Shown here: in pieces, positions 1-9,616 of the stretch | How the letters are laid out: every line of letters begins with the position of its first letter | How positions within the stretch are numbered: the first letter of the stretch is position 1 | Source: Actinomycetota bacterium | Lineage (GTDB): Bacteria; Actinomycetota; UBA4738; HRBIN12 | Reading direction: 5' to 3' | DNA: 64,000 nt | Assembly (NCBI GenBank): GCA_040902745.1 | Contig: JBBDWR010000019.1 | Coordinates: forward strand, 1,156-65,155 | Translations under genes and position numbers: made by a program | Notes under the pieces: model-generated | The model's database searches: none | What the model was told of the DNA's origin: nothing | Seen by the model: only the letters and a program-made list of their open reading frames with translations

Positions 1-1008
1 CGAGATTCCGTCCTCGCCGGCGGAACCCGCGCCGGTGAACACATCGACCTGCTGCACGAGGATATCGGAGCCGTTTAGGGCGATGAGCCCGTAGGCGCTG
101 GAGCCGGTGGTTGCCCCGGCCGAACCCTGGAGGTCGAGCAGCTGGAGCACCACGCCGGTGTCCGAGTCGGCGCGTGCCGCCGCCGACGAGCCCGAGATGA
201 CCGTGGCGCCGACGAGCGAGCGTGACCAATCGACAGCGCTGTAGCCCCCGTGGACCCCGACGTCGTCGGCAAGCTCGACCCCTGATCCCTCATGGAAGGT
301 TCCCGTGGCGACGTACACGTCCTTCGCCGGTGTCGCAGCCGAGGCGATCGAGATCGCGGTTTCTACGTGACGGAGCGGCATCTCCTTCGTCCCGGGGTTC
401 CCGTCGCTTCCTCCGAGGGTCACGAATATCGCGTTGGCCGCGTCGCCGTCGATCCCGTCGCAGTTCGAGTCCGCGAACGAGAAGTCGGGGTCGTCAGCGG
501 CACCAGGATAGATCGCCGCATCCTTCGGGGCGCAGTCACCCCCCGCGGCGGTGAACCCGTCCCCGTCCAGATCGAGCGGTTTGGTCTTGGTGAAGGTCTG
601 GTTTCGAGCCTGATTGCCGGCGAGGTCGCGGACCGGCTTCGAGGTGGTGCGCGTGTAGGTGACGTCCGGGTGCGCCGCGATGTCGGGGTTCGCCTTCTCC
701 TTGATGGTGAGGATGAGCTTGGATGCGCCGCTCGCTGCTCCGACCTTCCGCACGACGTAGCCGCTCACCGCGAAGGGATAGGTCCCGTCCTTGTCGAGGG
801 CGTGGTTCACGGGCTCGGAGAAGCCGACCTCGAGGCGATCCGCGCGATCGTCGCCGTCGGCGTCCTTCATGAACGCCTTGGTGATCCTCGGCGGCATCGT
901 GTCGCCGGCGGCGGCAGGCGAGGCCACCACCAGGGAAGCGACGATCGCGATCGCCGACGATGCGGCGGCGGACCGTCGGAGCGAAGCCGGTCTGGGGACG
1001 CGTCGCAA
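1..1008 (-). CDS. Secreted protein with a MopE-like putative metal-binding motif and a DUF1565/beta-helix-like region (runs off the window start)
   Basis: Manual minus-strand translation (not in the ORF track): TTG at 1008 after GGGAGG; signal-like AIAIVASLVVASPAAA; DLDGDGFTAAGGDCAPKDAAIYPGAADDPDFSFADSNCDG; FVTLGGSDGNPGTKEMPLRHV; open to position 1. Confidence 0.75.
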   Translation of the reverse strand, partial: MRRVPRPASLRRSAAASSAIAIVASLVVASPAAAGDTMPPRITKAFMKDADGDDRADRLEVGFSEPVNHALDKDGTYPFAVSGYVVRKVGAASGASKLILTIKEKANPDIAAHPDVTYTRTTSKPVRDLAGNQARNQTFTKTKPLDLDGDGFTAAGGDCAPKDAAIYPGAADDPDFSFADSNCDGIDGDAANAIFVTLGGSDGNPGTKEMPLRHVETAISIASAATPAKDVYVATGTFHEGSGVELADDVGVHGGYSAVDWSRSLVGATVISGSSAAARADSDTGVVLQLLDLQGSAGATTGSSAYGLIALNGSDILVQQVDVFTGAGSAGEDGIS

Positions 1009-1147
1009 CCCGTTCCTCCCGTGGTGGATGGATGTGATTGTGGGCTATCGAAGGACCTAACCGCAACTGCCAAAGGGTCCGTCTAGACTGCCTCATCGGC
1101 GGCTTGCTTGACTTGCTTGGGACCTCGTCTGAGAGCAGGTTGTGGCT

Positions 1148-1474
1148 TCAGGCGCCGGGCGCTCGATACTGCACTTGCTCGGCCTTGCGCAACGCGTCCA
1201 TCGTTTCATCGACGGTCAGGAGGACTGTCGTTTCTAACGAGCTCATGGCACCGCCGCTACCGATCGCCAGCGCAACCGCCGCCATGGAGACGCTGTCGGG
1301 GGCCTCCCACAGCGTGTAGCCGTCGTGTCTGCCGAAGGCGTACCAGAACCCATGGAGCTTTCCACCGACGGACTCGATGTACGACTGAGCGGCCTTACGC
1401 CGGTCCTCTGGGTTGCCGATCAACCTGGCCCACGTCTCCGGGGTATAGCTGAAGCTCGATAGATAAAGAGGCAT
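1148..1474 (-). CDS. GYD domain-containing protein
   Basis: MPLYLSSFSYTPETWARLIGNPEDRR...GGKLHGFWYAFGRHDG; GAGGAGAG RBS. Confidence 0.85.
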   Translation of the reverse strand: MPLYLSSFSYTPETWARLIGNPEDRRKAAQSYIESVGGKLHGFWYAFGRHDGYTLWEAPDSVSMAAVALAIGSGGAMSSLETTVLLTVDETMDALRKAEQVQYRAPGA

Positions 1475-1526
1475 CGTCTCTCCTCGTTCGCCGATCCCGC
1501 GCCGGTCGCCGGCCGGAGGTCGGAGT

Positions 1527-1706
1527 CTAACCGCCCGGTGGGTCTACCGCTTGTCCCTTGACACCGGCAACCCTGCCCACCCGTTCGATGCCCGCCGCGA
1601 CGAGATCCTTGGGCTTCACGCGCACGAGCGGCGCGGCGCTGGCCATGAACTTCGGGCGGATCTTCCTGCCCACGTGGGCGGACTCCTTCCCGGCCATCCA
1701 TGTCTG
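1527..1706 (-). pseudogene. Remnant of a flavin-containing monooxygenase-like (CzcO/TrkA-annotated) oxidoreductase
   Basis: TWMAGKESAHV-GRKIRPKFMASAAPLVRVKPKDLVAAGIERVGRVAGVKG resembles, from recall, the mid-region of this family with an internal segment missing; no FAD-binding N-terminus. Confidence 0.5.
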
Positions 1707-1817
1707 ACGAGGAACTCTCCTCCTGGGGCTGGGAAGCGCTACTTTCGGTTTCCCCCTCAGGCAAGCGGTGGTCCGACGTGCCACCCATCAGCACCGGGGT
1801 CATGGCAGGATTGCCCG

Positions 1818-2303
1818 ATGGCGACGGTACGAGAGACCCCGCTCCCCGGCCTCGGCGTGCGGTTCGAGTTCGAAACGAGCCAAGGCGCGCGCCTGGGCGT
1901 GTTGCAACGTCAGGGGGGACGACTCGACCTGCTGGTATACGACCCGAAGGACCCCGACGCGGTCCGGGAGACCATCTCGCTCGATGAGGACGACGCGCGC
2001 ACGCTCGCCGAGCTCCTCGGAGCGACCCGGGTCGTCGAGGACCTCGGCCGGCTTCGCCAACAGATCGAGGGACTCGCGATCGACTGGCTCCCGATCGATG
2101 CCCGATCGCCGTTCGCCGCGGGCACGATCGGCGATACACGAGCGCGGACGCGTACCGGCGTTTCGATCGTGGCGATCGTACGCGGAAATCGGCCGATCCC
2201 GGCTCCGGAACCGGACCAGGATCTCGAAGCCGGCGACACGCTCGTCGTCGTCGGAACCCCCCGAGGCATCGAGGACCTCGCCGCGATCCTGCGGGACGGG
2301 TAG
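1818..2303 (+). CDS. khtT: Cation:proton antiporter regulatory subunit (KhtT-like, TrkA-C/RCK_C domain)
   Basis: MATVRETPLPGLGVRFEF...RTGVSIVAIVRG...PAPEPDQDLEAGDTLVVVG; directly upstream of a CPA2 antiporter. Confidence 0.88.
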   Translation: MATVRETPLPGLGVRFEFETSQGARLGVLQRQGGRLDLLVYDPKDPDAVRETISLDEDDARTLAELLGATRVVEDLGRLRQQIEGLAIDWLPIDARSPFAAGTIGDTRARTRTGVSIVAIVRGNRPIPAPEPDQDLEAGDTLVVVGTPRGIEDLAAILRDG

Positions 2304-2306
2304 CGC

Positions 2307-3491
2307 GTGATCGAGCCCGCGTTCCTGCTGGAACTCGGCGGGATCATCCTGGGACTCGCGATCCTCGCTCGGATCGCCTCCCGCTGGCAGCTGCCGACCG
2401 CTCCCCTCTTCTTGCTCGCGGGACTCGCCTTCGGTCGAGGCGGGATCCTCCCTGTGGTGACGGCCGCCGACTTCATCGAACTCGGCGCCGAGATCGGCTT
2501 GATTTTGCTCTTGTTCATGCTGGGCCTGGAGTACTCCGCGGCGGAGCTCACGACCACACTGAAGCGGCACGCGCCTTCCGGCGTCGTGGATCTCGTGTTG
2601 AACTTTTCGCCGGGGTTCGTCGCAGGGCTGCTGCTGGGATGGGGACCCGTCGCGGCGGTCTTCCTCGGAGGGATCACCTACATCTCTTCCTCCGGAATCA
2701 TCGCGCGACTCCTGGACGACCTGCGGTGGGTCGGCAACCGGGAGACGCCGGTGGTCATCTCGATCCTGGTGATCGAAGACCTCGTCATGGCCGGATATCT
2801 CTCGCTGATCGCCGTCCTCGTACGGGGCGTCGGCCCGGTCGAGGGCGCGACGACCCTGGCGATCGCGCTTGCCGCCGTCACCCTGCTCCTGGTCGTCGCG
2901 CATCGATGGGGTGACGCACTCAGCGAGCTGGTGTTCACCCGCTCGGACCAATCGCTCGTGCTCACGATCCTGGGCATCACGTTCGCTGTTGCGGGGATCG
3001 CAGAGGAGGTCGGGATCTCGGCGGCCGTGGCCGCCTTCATCGTGGGATTGATGCTCTCCGGACCGGCTGCCGATCGCGCGCACGACCTCCTCAGTCCGCT
3101 GCGCGACCTGTTCGCTGCGGTGTTCTTCGTCTTCTTCGGCCTGTCGCTGGATCCCGCGACGATCCCTCCGATATTGGGGATCGCACTGACACTCGCCGTG
3201 GTCACCGCCGCGACGAAGGTGTACACCGGATGGTGGAGCGCCCGCAGGGAAGGCGTCGGCGCCCGAGGACGCATCCGCGCCGGAACCGCGCTCGTCGCGA
3301 GGGGTGAGTTCTCGATCGCGATCGCAGGGATCGGCGCCGCCGGTGGCCTCGACCCGGACCTCGCCGCGCTTGCCGGGGTGTACGTGTTGCTTCTCGCGGT
3401 CACCGGACCGCTGGCTGCGCGCGCGCTCGATCCGGTCACGCGGTTCTTGCAGGATCGCCGCTCTTCGCCCGGGCCAGGGGGCTCGGGGTAG
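2307..3491 (+). CDS. khtU: CPA2-family K+/H+ antiporter (KhtU-like)
   Basis: About 12 hydrophobic segments; LFMLGLEYS, YISSSGII, LVIEDL and RGEFSI motifs. Confidence 0.88.
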   Translation: MIEPAFLLELGGIILGLAILARIASRWQLPTAPLFLLAGLAFGRGGILPVVTAADFIELGAEIGLILLLFMLGLEYSAAELTTTLKRHAPSGVVDLVLNFSPGFVAGLLLGWGPVAAVFLGGITYISSSGIIARLLDDLRWVGNRETPVVISILVIEDLVMAGYLSLIAVLVRGVGPVEGATTLAIALAAVTLLLVVAHRWGDALSELVFTRSDQSLVLTILGITFAVAGIAEEVGISAAVAAFIVGLMLSGPAADRAHDLLSPLRDLFAAVFFVFFGLSLDPATIPPILGIALTLAVVTAATKVYTGWWSARREGVGARGRIRAGTALVARGEFSIAIAGIGAAGGLDPDLAALAGVYVLLLAVTGPLAARALDPVTRFLQDRRSSPGPGGSG

Positions 3492-4644
3492 GAGGCCGCT
3501 GCCACACGATGGGGTCTTCGGCGGGAGGGTCGACGCCCGAGATCGGGCCGGCTCGGTAGCCGACGCCGTCCGGGCGGAACCACCTGACCGTTGCGTCGGA
3601 GTCGCGCTTGACCGACCAGCCGTACTCGTGGACAAGTCGGTGGTGGAACGCGCAGATCAGCAGCAGATTGTCCAGATCGGTGCGTCCGCCGAGGCGCCAG
3701 AACCTCACATGGTGCGCTTGGGTGAACTGCGTCGTTCCGCACCCAGGGAACCGGCAACCGCGGTCGCGATAGCGAATCTGGCGAACCATCGATGCCGAGG
3801 GCTCCCGGGTCGTGCGGCCGAGGGCGATCGCGTTGCCGGCGCGATCCTCGAGCACCGTCTGCACCCGCGCGTTGCACAAGAGCCGCCTCACGGTCTCCGG
3901 ATGGATCACCGGTCCTCGCTCGATCTCGCATCCGCCCTCGTCGGTCTGCAACACGCCCGACTGCGCGTGCACGACCACGGTGGCGCGATCCGGATCGGGA
4001 TCGCCGGCGACCCGCGCGGAACACAGTGCCACGAGCGCATCGGCGCGCCGCGCGTGAGCGAACAGTTCCTCCGACTCGTCGGGCATCACGGGGATCGTCT
4101 CGGCCACGCGATCGAGCGCCCGAGCGACGATCGCGCCCTGCGCAGCCGGGAGATCGGCCTCGAGCCCCAATCGACGTCCGTCGTCGAAGTACCACCACGA
4201 CACGGAGCGGGTTCGGTCGGTGTCGGCGACCTCCTCGACGCTGGTTCGCGCTGCGAGGTCACCTTCACGACGAACGGCGGCGCACGAGACTCCAACAGCC
4301 CATCCGATGAGCCCGGTCTCGTTTGTCGGCGTGGCGAATCGCGCCAGCTCCACGACCTTGTCGATCCCGAGCTCTCCTCGGGACAACGCCTTCGACAGCT
4401 GTGGCAGCAGCTCGAGCGCGTGCGCGGCTCTGAGCCAACGGTGCGCCTTCCACCAGGAGATGCCGTACCGCATCGCGACCCAGTGGGCCGTGTCGCGAGC
4501 GCCCGAATCGCACCACGCCTCGGACAGATCGATCTCCGCGATCGCCGCGAGGAGCGCACGTTGGGCACTGCCGATGATCGCATTGGCCGCATCGGCGGCC
4601 GCAACCGGCTCTCGTGTCGCGAGGCGTGCGTTGTCGTCGAACAT
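3436..4644 (-). CDS. DUF222 + HNH endonuclease (REP13E12-like selfish element protein)
   Basis: RDRGCRFPGC...AHHVRFWRLGGRTDLDNLLLICAFHH HNH motif; DUF222-like N-terminus (ARRADALVALC, TVRRLLCNA); 3' end overlaps the antiporter. Confidence 0.9.
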   Translation of the reverse strand: MFDDNARLATREPVAAADAANAIIGSAQRALLAAIAEIDLSEAWCDSGARDTAHWVAMRYGISWWKAHRWLRAAHALELLPQLSKALSRGELGIDKVVELARFATPTNETGLIGWAVGVSCAAVRREGDLAARTSVEEVADTDRTRSVSWWYFDDGRRLGLEADLPAAQGAIVARALDRVAETIPVMPDESEELFAHARRADALVALCSARVAGDPDPDRATVVVHAQSGVLQTDEGGCEIERGPVIHPETVRRLLCNARVQTVLEDRAGNAIALGRTTREPSASMVRQIRYRDRGCRFPGCGTTQFTQAHHVRFWRLGGRTDLDNLLLICAFHHRLVHEYGWSVKRDSDATVRWFRPDGVGYRAGPISGVDPPAEDPIVWQRPPTPSPLARAKSGDPARTA

Positions 4645-4657
4645 GTGGTCGAGGCTA
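4637..4657 (-). promoter_or_regulatory. LexA SOS-box-like palindrome over the HNH start codon, plus leaderless -10 (TAGCCT)
   Basis: TCGAAC-ATGT-GGTCGA at 4637-4652, one mismatch to actinobacterial TCGAAC-N4-GTTCGA; TAGCCT 7 nt before the ATG. Confidence 0.6.
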
Positions 4658-4965
4658 CGCCTCGGCCTCTCGCCGGTCTGTGACCATCGTCACTTTTCGA
4701 GGCGATTTCTCGCGCGATCACCTGCGTCGCCGAGCCACCGCTCGCGCGTGATCGAATACACGACGCCCTGAAAGACGACACCGTTGTCTTCGACCTCGGC
4801 CTCGTGGTCGAAGAGCATCCCGAGCCGTTGCATCACCGCGCTCCGTCCTCGCGACGCTCAACCGCCAGGATATCCTCCCAACTTTGCTGTCCGGCATCGG
4901 AACGTCCGGTGAACGGCCGGCGACCAAGGCATCAGAACGAACCCACTGGCTCTACCCTTGCAGTC

Positions 4966-6463
4966 GTGGCTTCCCCCGCCCGCGGTGATCGACTCGATGG
5001 GCTGCCCGGCGTCCTGGATCGCGGCTCCGCCGACTGGATGCGCGCGCTGGCCGAGCACGTCACGTCGGTTCGGCGGCGAAAGCCCGATGCCCAACTGTGC
5101 GTCGTCTTCGACATCGACGGTACGATCCTCGATCTGCGTCATCAGATCGTGCATGTCCTCTACGCGTACGACCGCGCGAGGGGAACGGAGCTGTTCCATG
5201 GGCTCGTCGCATCAGACGTCACCGTTTCCGAGAACCACGTGGATCGCCTGCTCGAAACCCTCGACGTTCCGGTCGAGTTCCGGTCGGACGTTGCGGCGTT
5301 TTACCTGGAACATCTGTGGGACCGGGAGTCGCTGTTCGCGTCGAACCGCCCGTACCAGGGCGTCCTGGGTGTGATCCGCTGGTTCCAGATCCAGCCGGGC
5401 GCCGTCGTAGCGATCAACACGCGGCGACCACAGGACATGCGAAGCGAAACGCAGGAAACACTGAACGCGCTCGGCGCTCCCCACCGCGTCCGGTTCGATC
5501 CGGAGCTGGTGTTCATGCGGGATCCGGAGGTCTCGGTCCCGGACGGAAAAGCCAGGGCCCTGGATGCGCTCGCCGAGCGCGGCCTGCACGTCGTCGCCGT
5601 CGTCGACAACGAGCCGGACAACCTGCACGCGATGGCTCAGGCTGACCCCGCTGCCGAGGCGCTCTTTCTGCACGCCGACACGATCTTCGAATCCCGCCGG
5701 CGGCCGGTCTCCCGACTCGTCGCGGGCAAGGAGTATGGACTGAGCACACTGGTATGCGAAGAAGACCTGACGTCACGCGTCGTCTTCGTCTGGCACGGCG
5801 TGAACGACGAAAGGAACCTGCGTCGGTTCCTGGCCTCCGGCGTCCGATGGGCGGAGATGGACGTACGCCGCGACCCGCTTGGTCGGCTCGTGCTGCGCCA
5901 CGACGACTTCGAGGTCACCCCGTGGAACCGGAACGAGCGCCCGTCGCTCGCGCTCGATCAGATCCGAGCGACCGCCGCAGCGGGCCGGTCGGCCAAGATC
6001 GACCTCAAGGAGAACGGCGAGACCTTGCGGGAGGTGCTCGACGAACTCGATCGGATCGAGCTGGCGGACGACCGTCTGTGGTTCAACGCGGACATCCAGG
6101 CCCTGGGGCCAGAGGGGTTCGCTCAGATCCGCGAGCGACACCCGGCCGCGACGATCTCTTGTCCCGTCGACTTCGTGGTTCCGCTGCTGCTCGCAGCAAC
6201 CCGAAGCGGGAGGCGCCGTCCTCGAGATGCTCAGGTCCTGGGGAGTCACACGTCTCTCGCTGCGCTGGACCCATTCGGCGCGAGCGGTACTCGACATCGT
6301 CGAGGCTCAAGGCTGGGAGGTGAACCTGTACGGGGTGCCCGACCTGGAGGCCTTCCTCGACGCGTCGCTGATGCTGCCGACGTCGGTCACCGCCGACTTC
6401 AACTTCCCGCAATGGCGCTACTTCGGCACGGGTTCCGGACAGGTCCACCACCCTGTCGGATAG
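4966..6463 (+). CDS. HAD-family phosphatase fused to a FAM151/DUF2181 (PLC-like phosphodiesterase) domain; apparent +1 frameshift near 6199
   Basis: VVFDIDGT (HAD motif I) and VVDNEPDN (motif IV); C-domain FVWHGVN, WAEMDVR, KIDLKE, LWFNADI; coding continues in the 5879..6463 frame after GCAGCA-A-CCCGAA; TACCCT -10 lies 7 nt before GTG 4966. Confidence 0.7.
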
Positions 6464-6552
6464 CGGTCGATCCCTCGGCCGCGATGCGCGGGCGGCGCAC
6501 GCATGCTCTGACCAGCGTCGTTAGGATGCCCTCGCGACGATCCCACGATCCG

Positions 6553-6579
6553 TGAACCGATCCGGGGTCGCGCCACGAC
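6553..6579 (+). promoter_or_regulatory. Putative ECF-type autoregulatory promoter
   Basis: TGAACC-N17-CGAC immediately upstream of the AAGGAGG RBS of the ECF sigma gene. Confidence 0.5.
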
Positions 6580-6586
6580 AAGGAGG

Positions 6587-7117
6587 GTGATGACGGTTCG
6601 CGCTGAGGGCGACGACCAGCTCCTCCAGGCGGTGGCCGACGGAGACCGGGCGGCACTCGATGCCCTCTACCGGCGGCATGCGCCCTGGCTGATCGTGCGC
6701 CTCTCCCGGCGATGCTCGGACCCCGGCATGGTGGAGGAAGTCGTGCAGGACACGTTCGTTGCGGTGTGGCGAGGCGCCGGCCGATACCGGGCCACCGGAG
6801 AAGTCGCAGCGTGGATCTGGGGCATCGGCATCCGTCGCTTGATCGACCGGCTCCGACGCACTCCCTCCCCCGTCGCGCCTCGCGAAGCCGACGACACCGT
6901 GCTGTCGGCGGAGGACGAGCTACTCCGGGGAGTCGAGCACGGTGACCTCGGGGCAGCGCTGGGGCGCCTGTCCCCGGAGTTGCGCGCGGTGCTACAGGCC
7001 ACCGTGCTGGACGGACTCACCACCAAGGAGGCGGCGACGTTGCTCGGCATCCCGCAAGGAACGGTCAAGACCCGCGCCCTCCGCGCCCGTCGAGAGCTTC
7101 GGAGGTCACTCGCATGA
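6587..7117 (+). CDS. ECF RNA polymerase sigma-70 factor
   Basis: EEVVQDTFVAVWR (region 2), AAWIWGIG, LDGLTTKEAATLLGIPQGTVKTR (region 4). Confidence 0.93.
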   Translation: MMTVRAEGDDQLLQAVADGDRAALDALYRRHAPWLIVRLSRRCSDPGMVEEVVQDTFVAVWRGAGRYRATGEVAAWIWGIGIRRLIDRLRRTPSPVAPREADDTVLSAEDELLRGVEHGDLGAALGRLSPELRAVLQATVLDGLTTKEAATLLGIPQGTVKTRALRARRELRRSLA

Positions 7118-7947
7118 GCACATGGCACGCCGACGACGCAGTACTGGCCCGATACGCGGCGACCGAGCTCGATGACGCGCGGTCCGCGTCGATCGAGACG
7201 CATCTGATGGGTTGCGCGACGTGCCGTGCGTCGCTCGCTCCCCTGGTAGACGGACAACGCCTCGACCGGGTGTGGACCGGCATCATCGACACCGTGGACG
7301 TTCCCGAGCAGGGCATCGTCGAGCGGCTTCTCGTCGCTGCCCGCGTGCCCAGCCACGTTGCTCGATTGCTTGCAGCCACGCCCTCGCTGCGGCTGTCGTG
7401 GTTCGCCTCGGAGGGGTTCGTGCTCGCCTTCGCCGTGGTCGCAGCGAACCGCGCGGCAGGGACCGAGGGTGAGCTGGCATTGTTCCTGTTCCTCGCGATC
7501 GGCGCGTTGCTGCCCGTCGCCGGGATCGCGATCGCCTTCGGACCGGGGATAGATCCCACCTATGAGATCGGGGTCGCGGCCCCGATGCGCTCCGACCGAC
7601 TGTTGCTGCTGCGCGCGGGCGCGGTGCTGACAACGTCGATCGCGATCACCTCGATCGCCGCCCTCGCGTTGCCCGGTTTGGATGCGGTCGCGGCCGCCTG
7701 GCTCTTGCCGTCGCTGGGGTCGGCGATGGGTCTGCTGGCACTCGGCACCGTCCTACGGCCACTGATCGCCGCGATCTCGGTCGGGGTCACCTGGCTCACG
7801 TTCGCCGCTATCGCGGCTGCGAGCGCGCACGACCGTCTGGCCGCGTTCCGGCCGGCCGGGCAGGTGCTGTCCGTCGTCGTGATCGTCGTGTCGGCCCTGG
7901 TGCTCGTGCGCAGGCACTCCACCTACGAAGAAGGGATCGCGCCATGA
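7114..7947 (+). CDS. zf-HC2 (ZAS) anti-sigma factor with a multi-TM C-terminus
   Basis: HLMGCATC zinc motif, about 6 TM segments, ATGA overlap with the sigma gene. Confidence 0.87.
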   Translation: MSTWHADDAVLARYAATELDDARSASIETHLMGCATCRASLAPLVDGQRLDRVWTGIIDTVDVPEQGIVERLLVAARVPSHVARLLAATPSLRLSWFASEGFVLAFAVVAANRAAGTEGELALFLFLAIGALLPVAGIAIAFGPGIDPTYEIGVAAPMRSDRLLLLRAGAVLTTSIAITSIAALALPGLDAVAAAWLLPSLGSAMGLLALGTVLRPLIAAISVGVTWLTFAAIAAASAHDRLAAFRPAGQVLSVVVIVVSALVLVRRHSTYEEGIAP

Positions 7948-8813
7948 ACGGATCGATCGTCGAGATCCACCGGGTTCGCAAGCGGTTCGGTCGCACCTGC
8001 GCCCTCGATGGCGCGGAGTTCGACGCGGGGCCGGGCATCACCGGTCTCCTCGGGCCCAACGGGGCGGGCAAGACCACGCTGCTGCGCATGATGGCGACCG
8101 TCCTGGCACCCGACGAGGGAGACCTTCGCCTGCTCGGACACGATCCGACCGTCGCCCACGATCGACTGGCGATCCGTCGGCGGCTCGGCTACCTGCCGCA
8201 GGAGCCCGGGTTCCATCGCGCGTTCACTGCGTTCGAGTTCGTCGACTACGTCGCGATCCTCAAGGAGATGACCGATCGACGCACCCGCCACGACGAGGTG
8301 CGGCGCGTTCTCGACGTCGTCGGGCTCACCGGCGTGCGCGATCGGAAGATCAAAGCGCTGTCCGGAGGCATGCGCCGACGCGTCGCGCTGGCGCAGGCTC
8401 TGCTGGGGGATCCCGAGCTCCTCGTGCTCGATGAGCCGACGGCCGGCCTGGACCCGGAGCAGCGCCTGCGCTTCCGCGAGATCGTGTCGGAGCGAGCCGA
8501 CCACCGCACGGTGATCCTGTCGACCCACCAGACCGAGGACGTGGCGGCCTTGTGCCAGCGCGTCGTCGTGATGCTGGACGGACGGGCCTTGTTCGAAGGA
8601 ACGCCCGAGCAGCTCACCGAGGTCGCCGAAGGCCGCGTGTGGCTGGCGCCCGACAAAGCCCCCGGCTCGCATCTGTCGTGGCGAACGCCCGACGGAGCAC
8701 ACCGGAATATCGGTGAGGCACCCGCGGGATCAAAACTGGTGCGTCCCACACTCGAGGACGGGTACCTCTTGCTGGTGGGCGATCGCGCGCTGACCACCGA
8801 CGAGGCCGCCTGA
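7944..8813 (+). CDS. ABC transporter ATP-binding protein
   Basis: GPNGAGKT, LSGGM, LLVLDEPT, STH. Confidence 0.95.
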   Translation: MNGSIVEIHRVRKRFGRTCALDGAEFDAGPGITGLLGPNGAGKTTLLRMMATVLAPDEGDLRLLGHDPTVAHDRLAIRRRLGYLPQEPGFHRAFTAFEFVDYVAILKEMTDRRTRHDEVRRVLDVVGLTGVRDRKIKALSGGMRRRVALAQALLGDPELLVLDEPTAGLDPEQRLRFREIVSERADHRTVILSTHQTEDVAALCQRVVVMLDGRALFEGTPEQLTEVAEGRVWLAPDKAPGSHLSWRTPDGAHRNIGEAPAGSKLVRPTLEDGYLLLVGDRALTTDEAA

Positions 8814-9616
8814 TGGCCGCGTCACTGCGTGCCTCGGTGATGGACGCTCGCGCGTCAGCGATCCCGACATCCGCCGCCCGTCCCTCTCCTGCGGTCGTGC
8901 TTGCGCTCGGACGCGTGGAGGCCCGTCGGATGTTGCTGCATCCGGTCTTCTGGCTGACGGTCGCACTGTCGCTGTTGCTGTTCCGCGGTGCGATCGGAGC
9001 TGCGGAAGAATCCGGACTCGTCGTCACGCTAGCGCTGTTGACCGGTGGACTCGCCCTAGGTCTACTCATCGCCTCGGTACTCACCGCGAACGTCGCCGCG
9101 CTCCGCCCGAGGCGAGACCACCTGAACGAGCTCTACGGGTCGTTTCCCGCTCCTGCGGAGGCCCGCACGGGTGGGGTCCTCACAGGGCTGCTGATCGGTC
9201 CGGCACTTGTCGCCGTCGCGGTGTCGATCGTTTCGTGGTTCGCATTTACGCAGGTTCCGAGTCTGGCGGACGATGTCGACCCATTCCTTGCCGTGCAGGT
9301 ACCCTTGGCCGTCATCGGCCTCGGGGCTCTCGGCGTCGCGGTGGGGCGCTGGATCCCATCACTGCTCGGGGGGGTGCTCGTCATCCTGATCCACATGTTC
9401 ACCGGAGTGATCTGGATCGTTCCCTGGATCGTGCCGACGAGCTCGGACGTCGGCGTGGAGTGGCATCTCGCCTACCTGATCGCCGTGCCGGTGATGTGGA
9501 GCGCGATCGCGTTCGCGCGCGATCGACGGACCGTTCCCCGTTTCGCGATCGGCGCGGCGATGTTCGCGATCGCGATCGTGGCGGCGATCGAGCAGGCTCC
9601 CCCCGGCGGGTACTGA
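8813..9616 (+). CDS. ABC-2-like membrane permease
   Basis: About 6 TM segments; translationally coupled to the ATPase. Confidence 0.7.
   Translation: MAASLRASVMDARASAIPTSAARPSPAVVLALGRVEARRMLLHPVFWLTVALSLLLFRGAIGAAEESGLVVTLALLTGGLALGLLIASVLTANVAALRPRRDHLNELYGSFPAPAEARTGGVLTGLLIGPALVAVAVSIVSWFAFTQVPSLADDVDPFLAVQVPLAVIGLGALGVAVGRWIPSLLGGVLVILIHMFTGVIWIVPWIVPTSSDVGVEWHLAYLIAVPVMWSAIAFARDRRTVPRFAIGAAMFAIAIVAAIEQAPPGGY

Noticed and set aside
1480-1817. c-di-AMP (ydaO) riboswitch upstream of khtTU
   Set aside because: Conserved ydaO motifs are not recognisable; the region is better explained by an FMO remnant and a leaderless promoter
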